Shown here: positions 19,835 to 29,117 of the stretch, one piece after another
Numbering within the stretch: position 1 is the first letter of the stretch
Layout of the letters: the number at the start of each line of letters is the position of its first letter
From: Myxococcota bacterium
GTDB lineage: Bacteria; Myxococcota_A; UBA9160; UBA6930
NCBI GenBank assembly: GCA_965223415.1
Contig: OZ245002.1
Span: 2,272,001 to 2,336,000, forward strand
Direction of reading: 5' to 3'
Length of the DNA: 64,000 nucleotides
Made by a program: the position numbers and the translations under genes
The notes under the pieces: generated by a model
Databases searched by the model: none
The model's input: the letters and a program-made list of their open reading frames with translations, nothing else
Told to the model about the DNA's origin: nothing

Positions 19835-21019
19835 ATGGACCTGTTCCGGAAGTGCGCGGAAAACGACCGCGTGGCCCAGATCCGCGCCGCCGACGCCTAC
19901 AGCTACTACCGGAGCCTCGACTCGCCCCAGGATCCGGTCGTGCGCCGGCCGGGCGGGCCTCCGCTCGTGATGCTCGGCTCGAACAACTACCTGGGGCTCA
20001 GCAGCCACCCGGAGGTGGTGAAGGGCGCGGCCGAGGCGTTGGAGCGCTTCGGCACCGGCTGCGCCGGCTCCCGGCTGCTGAACGGAACCACCCGCCTCCA
20101 CGAGGAGCTCGAGGAGCGGCTGGCGGCCTTCACCGGCCGCGAGGCGGCGCTCACCTTCGCCACCGGCTTCCAGGTGAACCTGGGCGTGCTCTCGGCCCTC
20201 CTCGACCGACACAGCACCGTGTTCCTCGACGCCCTCGACCACGCGAGCCTGATCGACGGCGCCCGGCTCGGCTTCGGAACGCTGCGTCGCTACAAGCACA
20301 ACGACATGGCCGATCTCGAGGCGAAGCTCGCGCGCACGCCCGAGCATCACGCCCGGCTCGTCGCGGTGGATGGCGTCTTCTCGATGGAGGGCGACCTGGC
20401 GGACCTGCCGGAGATCGTGCGGCTGCTCGAGCGCCATCCGGCTCGCCTGCTCCTCGACGACGCCCACGGGGTGGGCGTGTTCGGCGCCCACGGGCGCGGC
20501 GTGGCCGAGCACTTCGGGCTCGAAGACCGGGTCGACCTGGTCATGGGCACGTTCTCCAAGTCGCTGGCGGCGGTGGGCGGCTACGTTGCCGGGCCCGAGG
20601 AAGTGATCGACTTCCTGCGCCACCACGCCCGGGCCGAAGTCTTCTCCGCGGCGCCGCCGCCTCCCTCGGTGGGCGCGGTGCTGACCGCCCTCGGCATCGT
20701 GGAGCGCGAGCCGGAGCGGCGCGAGCGGCTCTGGGAGAACACCCGCTTCATGCAGGAGGAGCTGCGCAGCCTCGGCTTCGACACCGGCGCCTCCGCCTCG
20801 CCGGTCGTTCCTGTGCACGTCGGCCGCGACGAAGTCTGCTTCGCGATGGTGAAGCGCCTCGAGCAGGAGGGTGTGTTCGCGAATCCGGTCGTGAGCCCGG
20901 CGGTGCCCGAGGGCCAGGCGATGATCCGCACCTCGTACATGGCCACCCACACCCGCGCCCACCTGGAGCAGGCGCTCGCGGCCCTCGCGCGGGTGGGCCG
21001 CGAGTTCGGCGTGATCTGA
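19835..21019 (+). CDS. PLP-dependent alpha-oxoamine synthase, serine palmitoyltransferase-like (BioF/Kbl family)
   Basis: GSNNYLGL, GTGCAGSRLLNGT, DDAHG, MGTFSKS, MATHT. Confidence 0.85.
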   Translation: MDLFRKCAENDRVAQIRAADAYSYYRSLDSPQDPVVRRPGGPPLVMLGSNNYLGLSSHPEVVKGAAEALERFGTGCAGSRLLNGTTRLHEELEERLAAFTGREAALTFATGFQVNLGVLSALLDRHSTVFLDALDHASLIDGARLGFGTLRRYKHNDMADLEAKLARTPEHHARLVAVDGVFSMEGDLADLPEIVRLLERHPARLLLDDAHGVGVFGAHGRGVAEHFGLEDRVDLVMGTFSKSLAAVGGYVAGPEEVIDFLRHHARAEVFSAAPPPPSVGAVLTALGIVEREPERRERLWENTRFMQEELRSLGFDTGASASPVVPVHVGRDEVCFAMVKRLEQEGVFANPVVSPAVPEGQAMIRTSYMATHTRAHLEQALAALARVGREFGVI

Positions 21020-21058
21020 GCCGCGGGCTGGGCCGTCCGGGTCCGGTCCGGGGAGCCC

Positions 21059-21646
21059 TCAGAGGTCCTCGGAGCGCTCCACGATCCGGCCCACGATGCC
21101 GTACTCCTGGGCCTCTTCCGGGGACATCCAGTAGTTGCGGTCCGTGTCCTGCTCGACCTTCTCGAGGGGCTGCCCCGTCGCCTCGGCGATGGTCTGGTTC
21201 AGCCGGTCGCGAGCCTTCACGATCTCCTCGGCCTCGATGCGGATATCGCTGGCACGGCCGCCGACGCCGCCGAGGGGCTGGTGGATCATGAAGCGCGTGT
21301 TCGGCAGGCAGTAGCGATCCTCCTTCGGTGCCGCGAGATAGATGTGCGTGCCCGCGCTGGCCACCCAGCCGGTGCCGACCATCTTCACCCGCGGCTTCAC
21401 GAAGCGGATCATGTCGTGGATGGTGTCGCCGGCCTCGACGTGGCCGCCCTCCGAATGGATGAAGATCGTGATCGGGTCGTCGCCCTCCGCAGCGAGCGCC
21501 AGGAGCTGGGCCGTCACCTGCTGCGCGAGCTGGGACGTGACCTCTCCGTGGATCAGCAGGGTGCGCGCCTCGAACAGGCGATCGGCGAGGCGGAAGAAGG
21601 CGTTCGGGAGGGACGGGTCGTCCGGCTTGTTGGCGTCGTTCGTCAT
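21059..21646 (-). CDS. clpP: ATP-dependent Clp protease proteolytic subunit
   Basis: GWVASAG (Ser), FMIHQP (His), DTDRNYW. Confidence 0.92.
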   Translation of the reverse strand: MTNDANKPDDPSLPNAFFRLADRLFEARTLLIHGEVTSQLAQQVTAQLLALAAEGDDPITIFIHSEGGHVEAGDTIHDMIRFVKPRVKMVGTGWVASAGTHIYLAAPKEDRYCLPNTRFMIHQPLGGVGGRASDIRIEAEEIVKARDRLNQTIAEATGQPLEKVEQDTDRNYWMSPEEAQEYGIVGRIVERSEDL

Positions 21647-21675
21647 AGGAGGAGGAGCCTACCCGCTCGCTGCGG

Positions 21676-24288
21676 CTAGGGCAGCCCCGGCGGGGTCCAG
21701 CGCCCGTCCTCGTCGGCGTCCACGTAGATGGGGTTGGTGAAGGCGAAGGGCACGAAGCCCGGGAGGACCTCCGCGTAGACGCCGCCGGGCTCGCCTTCGA
21801 CCTCGACGGTGACGAAGGCGTCGGCGGGGAAGTGCAGGGGGAAGCGGAGATCCTCCGGCCCGTCGAGGGACTGGCGCTCGGCAAGGACGCCGTTGACGAG
21901 GACGCGGACCTCGCCGAGCGGCACCCACGGTGCGGCGTCGATCCCCACCCGCAGCTCCGCCTCGGCGCCGGCGTGCAGCCCGCCGAGGCCGGCTTCGCCG
22001 AGGCGCACGTCCAGGAGCGGGCCCGTCGTGCCCCAGAGCTCGCCGCTCCGGATGGCTTCGCCGAAGGCCGCCTCCTCCGCCACGCCGCCGGGCAGCCGCA
22101 CGTAGCTGCGCGGGAAGGCCGCGGGTGCGCCCAGGCTGTGGGAGTCGCTGTTGGCGGTGGCGGTGCGCCGCTCGCCCTGCAGCAGGAACGAGAACCAGTC
22201 GGTGCGAACGCGCTCGTAGGCCCCGTGGCCGCGCCCGTTCAGGAGCTCCATCGCATCGAAGTCGAGATCGCGAAGCCCGTGCTCGCCCCGCTCCGAGAGC
22301 GGCCGGTTGACCGCCTCGCCGAGGGGCCGGCTCGGGTCGTACCCGGCGCCCACGCCCAGGTGGTCCAGAAAGGCGCCGTCGTCGTCGCCCTGGTCCCGAC
22401 CCACGCGCGGATGGTTGAGCTGGAGGATCGGTGCGCCCGCGGCGCGCAGCTCGGCCCACACGTCCCGCCATCGGCGCCCTTCGGCCATCGGCGCGCCGCC
22501 CCGGAACGTCGCTCGTTGCTCTCGCACGGGGAAGGCGTTGGCGTGTCCCGCGGTCGTCGGCGTGACGCCGCCCCGGTAGCCGGTAGTGATCTCCACCCCC
22601 GTCACGCCGAGGATGCGATCCGTGAGGCCCAGCGACGCCAGGGCGGGGCGAGGATCCACGATCCGGTCGTGCTCGGTGGCCACCAGGATCTCCGCATCGG
22701 CGGCGGCAAAGGCGCGCAGCTGTCGCTCCTGGGGCAGGGAGGAATCGAAGCTCCAGCCGCTGTGTACGTGCAGGTCGGCGGAGACCCACCCGGGCGTCTC
22801 CCGGACGCGCCCGGGCGCCGGGATCTCGAGTGTCGTCTCCTCTCCGGCCCGCACCGCGAGGCGAGCCTCGGTCACTTCGTGCTCGGGGCCGCGCACGGCC
22901 AGCACCCGATAGGCGCCGGGCCGCAGCGTGACGAAGGCCGGATCGCCAGCGATCCCGGCGAGCGCGACGTCGTTCGAAGAGAGGCTCGTCGGGACCGGCT
23001 CGTCGTCGATGGCGAGGTCGAGGCCGTCGGAGCCGAAGCCCGGCGTCTGCGATCCCTCCGCACCCAGGAAGACCAGCCGCATCGGCTCGCCGCGGGGCAG
23101 CCGCACCCGCGTGCCCGGGGCGAGGGCGAGCTGCACGGCGACTCCGGGGTTGTGATGGGTCACTTCCGCGCGCGCCTCGCGGCCCGCTTCGCCGCGCGCT
23201 CGCAGGCCGTAGGGGCCCGCGGGCAGACGCAGGGCGAAGTCGCCGCCGGCGTCGGCCCGCACCGCACTGACCGGCTCGCCCGCCTTCGTGCTCACGTGGA
23301 CGACGGCCCCGGGCTCGTCGACCTTCCCGCGGAGGACGGGCTCCGCCGGCCACAGCCGATCCGTCACGGAGGCGACGTCGGCCCGATCGCCGACCCACAG
23401 GCGTCGCTCGAGCACGAGGGTGTCGCCCGTGGCCAGGTCCATGAGCGGTGTCTGGACGAGCTCGAGCAGGCCCGGATCCGCGTCGTCGCCGATCCAGAAA
23501 GGGCGCGGGAAGGCGCCGGTGAGGGTGTAGTGTCCGCCGCTGATCGAGAGCTCGGGCAGGGGCCTTTGGTTCCCCTCCGGGTCCACGCGCAGCGAGCGCA
23601 CCAGGTCGAGGCCGTAGCTGATCCCCGGCCCCATCCGGTCGCTTCCGACCCACACGATGAGATCGGCCTGTACGATCGCCGAGAGCATCGAGGTCGTCTC
23701 CGCCGGATCGCCGCCCGGGTGGGCGAAGCCGACGGAGCGGCGCGGATCGCGCCGATCCACCTTGAACGGGCGCAGCGAGCCGTTCGGGTGGAGCACGACG
23801 TTGCCGTAGGCGAACAGCCGCTCGCCCTCCTCGCGGCGGGTGATGCGGGTGACGAGCTCGAGGGCGCGCGGCTCCTTCGCGTCGAGCGCGTAGGTGATCT
23901 CGATGTCGAGGCCTCGGGACGCACCGCTCGCGACGAGGGCAGCGCGGGTCTCGCTCCGCTCGGCGCGCACCTCCGAGAACGGCATCACCTCGGACTGGGA
24001 GAGGTTCAGGAGCGGCTGGATGACGTTCCACTGGTCGTCATCGCGGCCGCAGTGGCCGAGATCGATCAGCAAGCCCCCCCGGTGGCTGAGCCCCGATTCG
24101 TGGGACGGGTCGGAGACCGCGGCGCACAGGACGCCGTTGCCGAGCGCCCAGTCGCCGACGCCCGCGATGGCGTCCGGGCCGCCGACGCGCAGTGCTTCGT
24201 AGCGCTCCGGGGTGATCTGCTCTGCGATCAGCTCCGCACGGGTAGAGGCAGGCACGAGGATGAGGATCGCGAGGACGAGCCAGTGCAT
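21676..24288 (-). CDS. Secreted CehA/McbA-like PHP-fold metallohydrolase
   Basis: Signal peptide; ADLHVHS, ATEHD, NHPR, ANSDSH, AFTNPIYVD. Confidence 0.8.
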   Translation of the reverse strand: MHWLVLAILILVPASTRAELIAEQITPERYEALRVGGPDAIAGVGDWALGNGVLCAAVSDPSHESGLSHRGGLLIDLGHCGRDDDQWNVIQPLLNLSQSEVMPFSEVRAERSETRAALVASGASRGLDIEITYALDAKEPRALELVTRITRREEGERLFAYGNVVLHPNGSLRPFKVDRRDPRRSVGFAHPGGDPAETTSMLSAIVQADLIVWVGSDRMGPGISYGLDLVRSLRVDPEGNQRPLPELSISGGHYTLTGAFPRPFWIGDDADPGLLELVQTPLMDLATGDTLVLERRLWVGDRADVASVTDRLWPAEPVLRGKVDEPGAVVHVSTKAGEPVSAVRADAGGDFALRLPAGPYGLRARGEAGREARAEVTHHNPGVAVQLALAPGTRVRLPRGEPMRLVFLGAEGSQTPGFGSDGLDLAIDDEPVPTSLSSNDVALAGIAGDPAFVTLRPGAYRVLAVRGPEHEVTEARLAVRAGEETTLEIPAPGRVRETPGWVSADLHVHSGWSFDSSLPQERQLRAFAAADAEILVATEHDRIVDPRPALASLGLTDRILGVTGVEITTGYRGGVTPTTAGHANAFPVREQRATFRGGAPMAEGRRWRDVWAELRAAGAPILQLNHPRVGRDQGDDDGAFLDHLGVGAGYDPSRPLGEAVNRPLSERGEHGLRDLDFDAMELLNGRGHGAYERVRTDWFSFLLQGERRTATANSDSHSLGAPAAFPRSYVRLPGGVAEEAAFGEAIRSGELWGTTGPLLDVRLGEAGLGGLHAGAEAELRVGIDAAPWVPLGEVRVLVNGVLAERQSLDGPEDLRFPLHFPADAFVTVEVEGEPGGVYAEVLPGFVPFAFTNPIYVDADEDGRWTPPGLP

Positions 24289-24321
24289 GGCGGCCCAGGG
24301 TATCACTCGCCCCGGAGGAGC

Positions 24322-24506
24322 CCTAGCCCGGACGATTCATGAGCGCCCTACTGCGGACGCCGATAGCGCCGCATTTTCGCGACCTTCTCCTTCCAGCCAC
24401 CTCGACGTACGGCAAGTACGCCTTCGGTGGCTTCCAGTCCGAGGGTCGCGAAACTGCAGCGCTCTCGACGTCCTCGCTACGGGCTTCATGAATCGTCCGG
24501 GCTAGG
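24322..24506. mobile_element. Non-autonomous MITE-like element, 185 bp
   Basis: Perfect 21-bp terminal inverted repeats CCTAGCCCGGACGATTCATGA, CTAG at both ends, long internal imperfect hairpin. Confidence 0.8.
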
Positions 24507-25766
24507 ATGGGCGCCATGCGCGTGGGCGAGGTCCGACATCCGGAGCGTGGCGGCTCGGGCAAGCCCTTGGACGGCGTGCGCATCCTCGCCGCCGAGCAGA
24601 TGCAGGCGCTGCCCTACGCCACCCAGCTGATGGCTCACTTGGGCGCCGAGGTGGTGAAGGTCGAGCACCCGGAGCGGGGCGATACCGGCCGCGCCTCGAA
24701 CCCGGCGCTCGTCGACGAGCAGGGTCAGCGGGTCGGCGCCACCTTCCTGCGCAACAACCTCTCGAAGCAGAGCGTGGGCCTCGACCTGAAGAGCCAAGCG
24801 GGTCGCGACCTCTTCCGGCGGCTCGTCCCGCGCTTCGACGTGGTGGCCGAGAACTTCCGCGCCGGTTCGATGCAAGCCATGGGGCTCGGCTACGAGGCGC
24901 TGGCGGATCTCCATCCCCCGCTCGTCTACGTCTCGCTCTCCGGCTTCGGCAACCTCGAGCCCTCGCCCTACGCGAGCTGGCCCGCCTACGCGCCGATCGC
25001 CGAGGCGATGGGGGGGCTCTACGAGCCCAGCCGCAGGGAGGGGCAGCCGCCGCCGGTGGTCGTGGCCGGTGCGCTGGGAGACAACGCGGCGGCGCTCTTT
25101 GCCGTGATCGGAACCCTCGCGGCCCTTCGGCACCGGGATCGCACGGGCCTGGGCCAGCACGTCGACGTCGCCATGTACGACTCGATGGTCGCCATGACCG
25201 ACATGGTTCCCTTCCTCTGGTCGATGGACGCGCCGGCCCACATGGCGGCCGCCGGCACCACCGCCCTGGTCGCCGCCTTCGCGGCGAAGGACGGACACTT
25301 CGTGGTGGCCGTCTTCCGCGAGCACATGTTCGAGAAGCTCTGTCACACCGTCGGCCACCCGGAGTGGCTGGGCGACCCACGCTTCGCCGACCGCACCGGC
25401 TGGGCCGCCCACACCGAGGACGTGATCCGCCCCGCGATCGAGGCCTGGGCGCGCCGCAAGACCAAGCTCGAAGCCTGTCGGGAGCTGTGCGAGCAGGGCA
25501 TCGTCGCCGGCCCCAGCCACACTGCCGCCGACATCCACGGCGATCCCCACGTCGCCCTCCGCGACATGCTGATCGAGGTCCCGCGCCCCGACGCCGACCG
25601 CCCCTACCTCGTCGTCGGCAACCCCGTGAAGATGTCCCGCCTCGCCGAAGGCCCCGTCGCCTCCTTCCCCCGCCTCGGCGAGCACACCGACGAAGTCCTC
25701 CGCCGCGAGCTCGCCCTCACCGACGAAGACCTCGCCACCCTCCGAAACGACGGAGTGTTGCGTTAG
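24507..25766 (+). CDS. Family III (CaiB/BaiF) CoA transferase
   Basis: LGAEVVKVE, SVGLDLK, ENFRAG, GALGD, PRLGEHT. Confidence 0.92.
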   Translation: MGAMRVGEVRHPERGGSGKPLDGVRILAAEQMQALPYATQLMAHLGAEVVKVEHPERGDTGRASNPALVDEQGQRVGATFLRNNLSKQSVGLDLKSQAGRDLFRRLVPRFDVVAENFRAGSMQAMGLGYEALADLHPPLVYVSLSGFGNLEPSPYASWPAYAPIAEAMGGLYEPSRREGQPPPVVVAGALGDNAAALFAVIGTLAALRHRDRTGLGQHVDVAMYDSMVAMTDMVPFLWSMDAPAHMAAAGTTALVAAFAAKDGHFVVAVFREHMFEKLCHTVGHPEWLGDPRFADRTGWAAHTEDVIRPAIEAWARRKTKLEACRELCEQGIVAGPSHTAADIHGDPHVALRDMLIEVPRPDADRPYLVVGNPVKMSRLAEGPVASFPRLGEHTDEVLRRELALTDEDLATLRNDGVLR

Positions 25767-25803
25767 TGTTGCGTTAGGGGCCGGTTCCGTTTGTTGCGTT
25801 GTT
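25755..25803 (+). repeat. REP-like repeat copy
   Basis: GTTGCGTTAG (x2) GGGCCGGTTCCGTTTGTTGCGTTG; related copies elsewhere in the window. Confidence 0.7.
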
Positions 25804-25822
25804 CTTCGCTCTTGGAGGTTCC

Positions 25823-26437
25823 ATGGCCATCGACCTTCGGCAGCTTCTGGATCCGGACCGCACGGCGCTCGTGACCCAGGAGATCCAGCGCGGCGTGATG
25901 GGAGACCTGTCGGCGCTGCCGGAGCTGGCGGCGGAGGGGGCGAAGGTGATCCCCCGGATCGCCACCCTCGTCGACGCGGCGCGGGCGGCCGGCGTGCCGG
26001 TGATCCACGCCACGGCGGAGCGACGCGCCGACGGGCTCGGCGCCAACACGAACGCGCGCCTCTTCCAGTACATGGCCAAGGCCGAGCCCAAGCTGATCCC
26101 CGGATCCGACGCGGCGGCGATCGTTCCCGAGGTGAAGGTGGCCGAGAGCGACCTCGTGCTGCCCCGGCTCCACGGGCTCTCGCCCTTCCAGGGCACCGAG
26201 CTCGACTTCGTCCTCCGCAACCTCGGCGTCTCCACCATCGTCGGGGTCGGCGTCTCCCTGAACGTGGCGATCCCCAACTTCACCTTCGACGCGGTGAATG
26301 CCTCCTACCAGGTAGTGATCCCCCGGGACGCCGTTGCCGGCACGCCGGCGGAGTACGCGCAGCAGGTCCTCCAGCACACCCTGCGCAATGTGGCGACCCT
26401 CGTGACCGCGGACGACGTGGTCGCGGCCTGGAGCTGA
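25823..26437 (+). CDS. Isochorismatase/cysteine-hydrolase-fold protein
   Basis: TALVTQEIQ, AARAAGVPVIH, FQGTELDFVLRNLG, DAVAG. Confidence 0.85.
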   Translation: MAIDLRQLLDPDRTALVTQEIQRGVMGDLSALPELAAEGAKVIPRIATLVDAARAAGVPVIHATAERRADGLGANTNARLFQYMAKAEPKLIPGSDAAAIVPEVKVAESDLVLPRLHGLSPFQGTELDFVLRNLGVSTIVGVGVSLNVAIPNFTFDAVNASYQVVIPRDAVAGTPAEYAQQVLQHTLRNVATLVTADDVVAAWS

Positions 26438-26438
26438 G

Positions 26439-27113
26439 ATGCCCGAGGCACCGGAGCCCATCCCCTCCGCCACCGTCGTGCTGCTGCGCGACGGTGCCCG
26501 CGACCTGGAGCTCCTGCTGCTCCAGCGCTCGTCTCGCAGCGACAAGCCCGGGCCCTGGGTGTTCCCGGGCGGGCAGGTCGAGCCCCACGATGTCGCTGCA
26601 GGCGACCCGCGCTCCGAGGCGAGTGCCCGCGCCGCCGCCATCCGCGAGACCCACGAGGAGGCCGGCCTGCGCATCGAGACGGCGCGCCTCGACACGATCT
26701 CCCGCTGGATCACCCCCGAGGTCTCCCCCAAGCGCTTCGATACCTGGTTCTTCGCCGGCGTGGCGCCCATGGACGAGTCGGTGCGCGTCGACGGCGACGA
26801 GATGTGCGACCACCGCTGGCTCTCGCCCGCCGGCGTGCTGGAGGCCTTCGGCCGCCGGGAGCTGCGCCTCGCGCCGCCGACCTTCGTTACCGTCACCTGG
26901 CTCAGCGAGTTCGCCCGCGCCGACGAAGCCGCCGCGCGGCTCGCCGCGCGCGAGTTGATCACCTTCCGCCCCCGCATCACGCGCACCGCAGAGGGAACCG
27001 TGGTGATGCTCTACCCGGGCGATGCGGGCTACGAGGCCGCCGACCCCGAGGCGTCCGGCCCGCGTCATCGCTGCCACGCCCTGGAGAGCGGCTTCCGCTA
27101 CGAACGCTCGTAG
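26439..27113 (+). CDS. NUDIX hydrolase
   Basis: VFPGG...AAIRETHEEAG, WITP..SPKRFDTWFF. Confidence 0.9.
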   Translation: MPEAPEPIPSATVVLLRDGARDLELLLLQRSSRSDKPGPWVFPGGQVEPHDVAAGDPRSEASARAAAIRETHEEAGLRIETARLDTISRWITPEVSPKRFDTWFFAGVAPMDESVRVDGDEMCDHRWLSPAGVLEAFGRRELRLAPPTFVTVTWLSEFARADEAAARLAARELITFRPRITRTAEGTVVMLYPGDAGYEAADPEASGPRHRCHALESGFRYERS

Positions 27114-27116
27114 CTG

Positions 27117-29075
27117 CTAGGCGTCTTCGACGTCGAGGACGACCGAGGTGTAGAGGCTCGGATCCGGGAAGGTCGAGAAGTTCGGCTCGCCGCGTGCCGC
27201 GGCCAGGTCGGGCAGGGGCTCGGCGCCGCTCGCCTCCAGCAGCTCGGTCACGAAGCGGCGGAAGAGGTCCAGGGCCTCGCCATCCCCCGGCAGCAGGCGG
27301 CGCGGATCGAACTGGTCGCTGCGCAGGCGGATGACCTGAAGTGTTTCCGCCTCCATGTCGCGCCAGTTCAGCGCCAGGTCGATGAGCAGCACCGCCCGCT
27401 CGCCCAGCCCGTGCACCGCACCGGCTGCGATCGCCTGGATGCGCCCGTAGGCGAGGGTGTGCCGCCGCCCGCTGCGCCGGAGCACGAGGCCTTCCCCCGA
27501 AAGCTCCACCGGGATGCCTTCCACGACCTTGGCGTCCCGCCAGCGGGGGCCGCTGCCGAGCTCGGGGGCGATCGGCTCCACCATGGGATCCGTCTCCTCC
27601 GAAGGCGCCTCGAAGGCCGGAGGCTGCGGCTCCGCACGCAGCGGCTCCGAGACCGGCTCCGTCGCGAGATCGATCGGCTCGTCCAGCTCGATCGCGCGCG
27701 CGTCGATGCCCTGCCAGCCCTCGCTCCGCGCGTCCGGGTCCGGTGCCTCCGCCCGCGCCTTGGCCAGATCGAGCGTGCCGAGATCCGCCTGGATGTCGCG
27801 CCGGCGCTCTTCGGGAAGCGCGTCCCAGGCCAGCACGCGGCGCGCGGCTTCGCCGGCCAGCTCCGGCGCCCGCCGCCGCGCCACTTCGTAGAAGCGCAGC
27901 GCCAGACCCGGCTCCAGGTCCTCGGCGCCACGACCGATCGCGTGCTCCAATGCGCGCCGCGCTTCGAGCGGACGATCCCGCTCGTCCAATGCCCGCGCCA
28001 CCGTCAGCAGCACGCGCGGGTCGCACTCCGCATCGGGGACCAACAGGGTGAGCTCGCACCAGTAGTCGGAGGCCGCCTGGAGCTCGCCGCTCGCGATCCA
28101 GCGCTCGATCTGGCGGGTCAGCTCCGTGGCCATCTCCTCGGGACGCTGCAACGCCGCGGCCGCGTCCCAGGTCGCGATGACCACGTCCGGATCTTCCGGG
28201 AACTGCCGCATCGCACGGCGCAGGCGCTCGTAGGCTTCCTCGAAGCGCCCCTCCTCCCGCAGAGCGTGCACCTCCTCCACGACGGGGTTCCCCTGGGCGA
28301 GGGTGAGCTTCGCCTCCAGGCTGGATTGGAGGTAGCGCGTCTCGATCCCCCCGACGCGGATCACGCCGGCGAAGACCGCGCCGTAGAGGAAGCCGCCGAC
28401 GTGCGCCCAGTAGGCGACGCCGCCCTGCTGTCCCATCGTGTCCGCGAGGTTCGCGTTCAGGAGCTCGGTCGCGAACCAGAAGGGCAACATCAGCCAGGCC
28501 GGTGCCTCGAAGGTGCCCATCCTGATCCAGATGAAGTAGAAGTAGCGGAGCTTGCTCTTGAACAGACGGACGAGGAAGGCGCCCATCACCGCGGCGATGG
28601 CGCCCGAGGCGCCCACCAGCGGGATGTCCGCGTTGGCCGGCGACATCGCCGCGAAGAACAGGGCGGCGAAGACGCCGCCGGTCAGGTAAAGGCCGAGAAA
28701 GACCGGCCGCCCCCAGCGATCCTCGATCGGCGGCCCCAGCAGGAAGAGCAGCAGCATGTTGCCGAGCAGGTGCAGCCAGCCGGCGTGCATGAACTGGTGG
28801 CTGAAGACGCTCGAGATCCGCACGTCCGAGGGCACGAGCCCGAAGCGGTCGTAGGGCGTGGGCGGGAGCTCGAACTCCACCTCGTCGCCGTCGGCCGCCG
28901 CGGCCTCCGCCCGCTCCATCTCCACCTGCACCCGCGCCTCCCATTCCGGGAGGGAGCCGTCGCAGGAGGTCGTGCCGGTACCGAAGAGGGTCAGGAGGCA
29001 CAGAGCCATCAGGGTGAAGGTTACCCAGGGGAGGCGCCGGACCTCCGACTCGTCGTGGCCGATCGGGAGCAGCAC
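27117..29075 (-). CDS. Rhomboid intramembrane serine protease with long helical/TPR-like C-terminal extension
   Basis: FMHAGWLHLLGNM, VGASGAI, AYWAHVGG. Confidence 0.88.
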   Translation of the reverse strand: MLLPIGHDESEVRRLPWVTFTLMALCLLTLFGTGTTSCDGSLPEWEARVQVEMERAEAAAADGDEVEFELPPTPYDRFGLVPSDVRISSVFSHQFMHAGWLHLLGNMLLLFLLGPPIEDRWGRPVFLGLYLTGGVFAALFFAAMSPANADIPLVGASGAIAAVMGAFLVRLFKSKLRYFYFIWIRMGTFEAPAWLMLPFWFATELLNANLADTMGQQGGVAYWAHVGGFLYGAVFAGVIRVGGIETRYLQSSLEAKLTLAQGNPVVEEVHALREEGRFEEAYERLRRAMRQFPEDPDVVIATWDAAAALQRPEEMATELTRQIERWIASGELQAASDYWCELTLLVPDAECDPRVLLTVARALDERDRPLEARRALEHAIGRGAEDLEPGLALRFYEVARRRAPELAGEAARRVLAWDALPEERRRDIQADLGTLDLAKARAEAPDPDARSEGWQGIDARAIELDEPIDLATEPVSEPLRAEPQPPAFEAPSEETDPMVEPIAPELGSGPRWRDAKVVEGIPVELSGEGLVLRRSGRRHTLAYGRIQAIAAGAVHGLGERAVLLIDLALNWRDMEAETLQVIRLRSDQFDPRRLLPGDGEALDLFRRFVTELLEASGAEPLPDLAAARGEPNFSTFPDPSLYTSVVLDVEDA

Positions 29076-29117
29076 CCATCCCGGATCGGAGGAACGCAGG
29101 AGAGCCTTGACCGGCCC

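Noticed and set aside
19835..21019. Calling this gene bioF
   Set aside because: No biotin genes nearby and motifs look more SPT-like; symbol withheld pending phylogeny.
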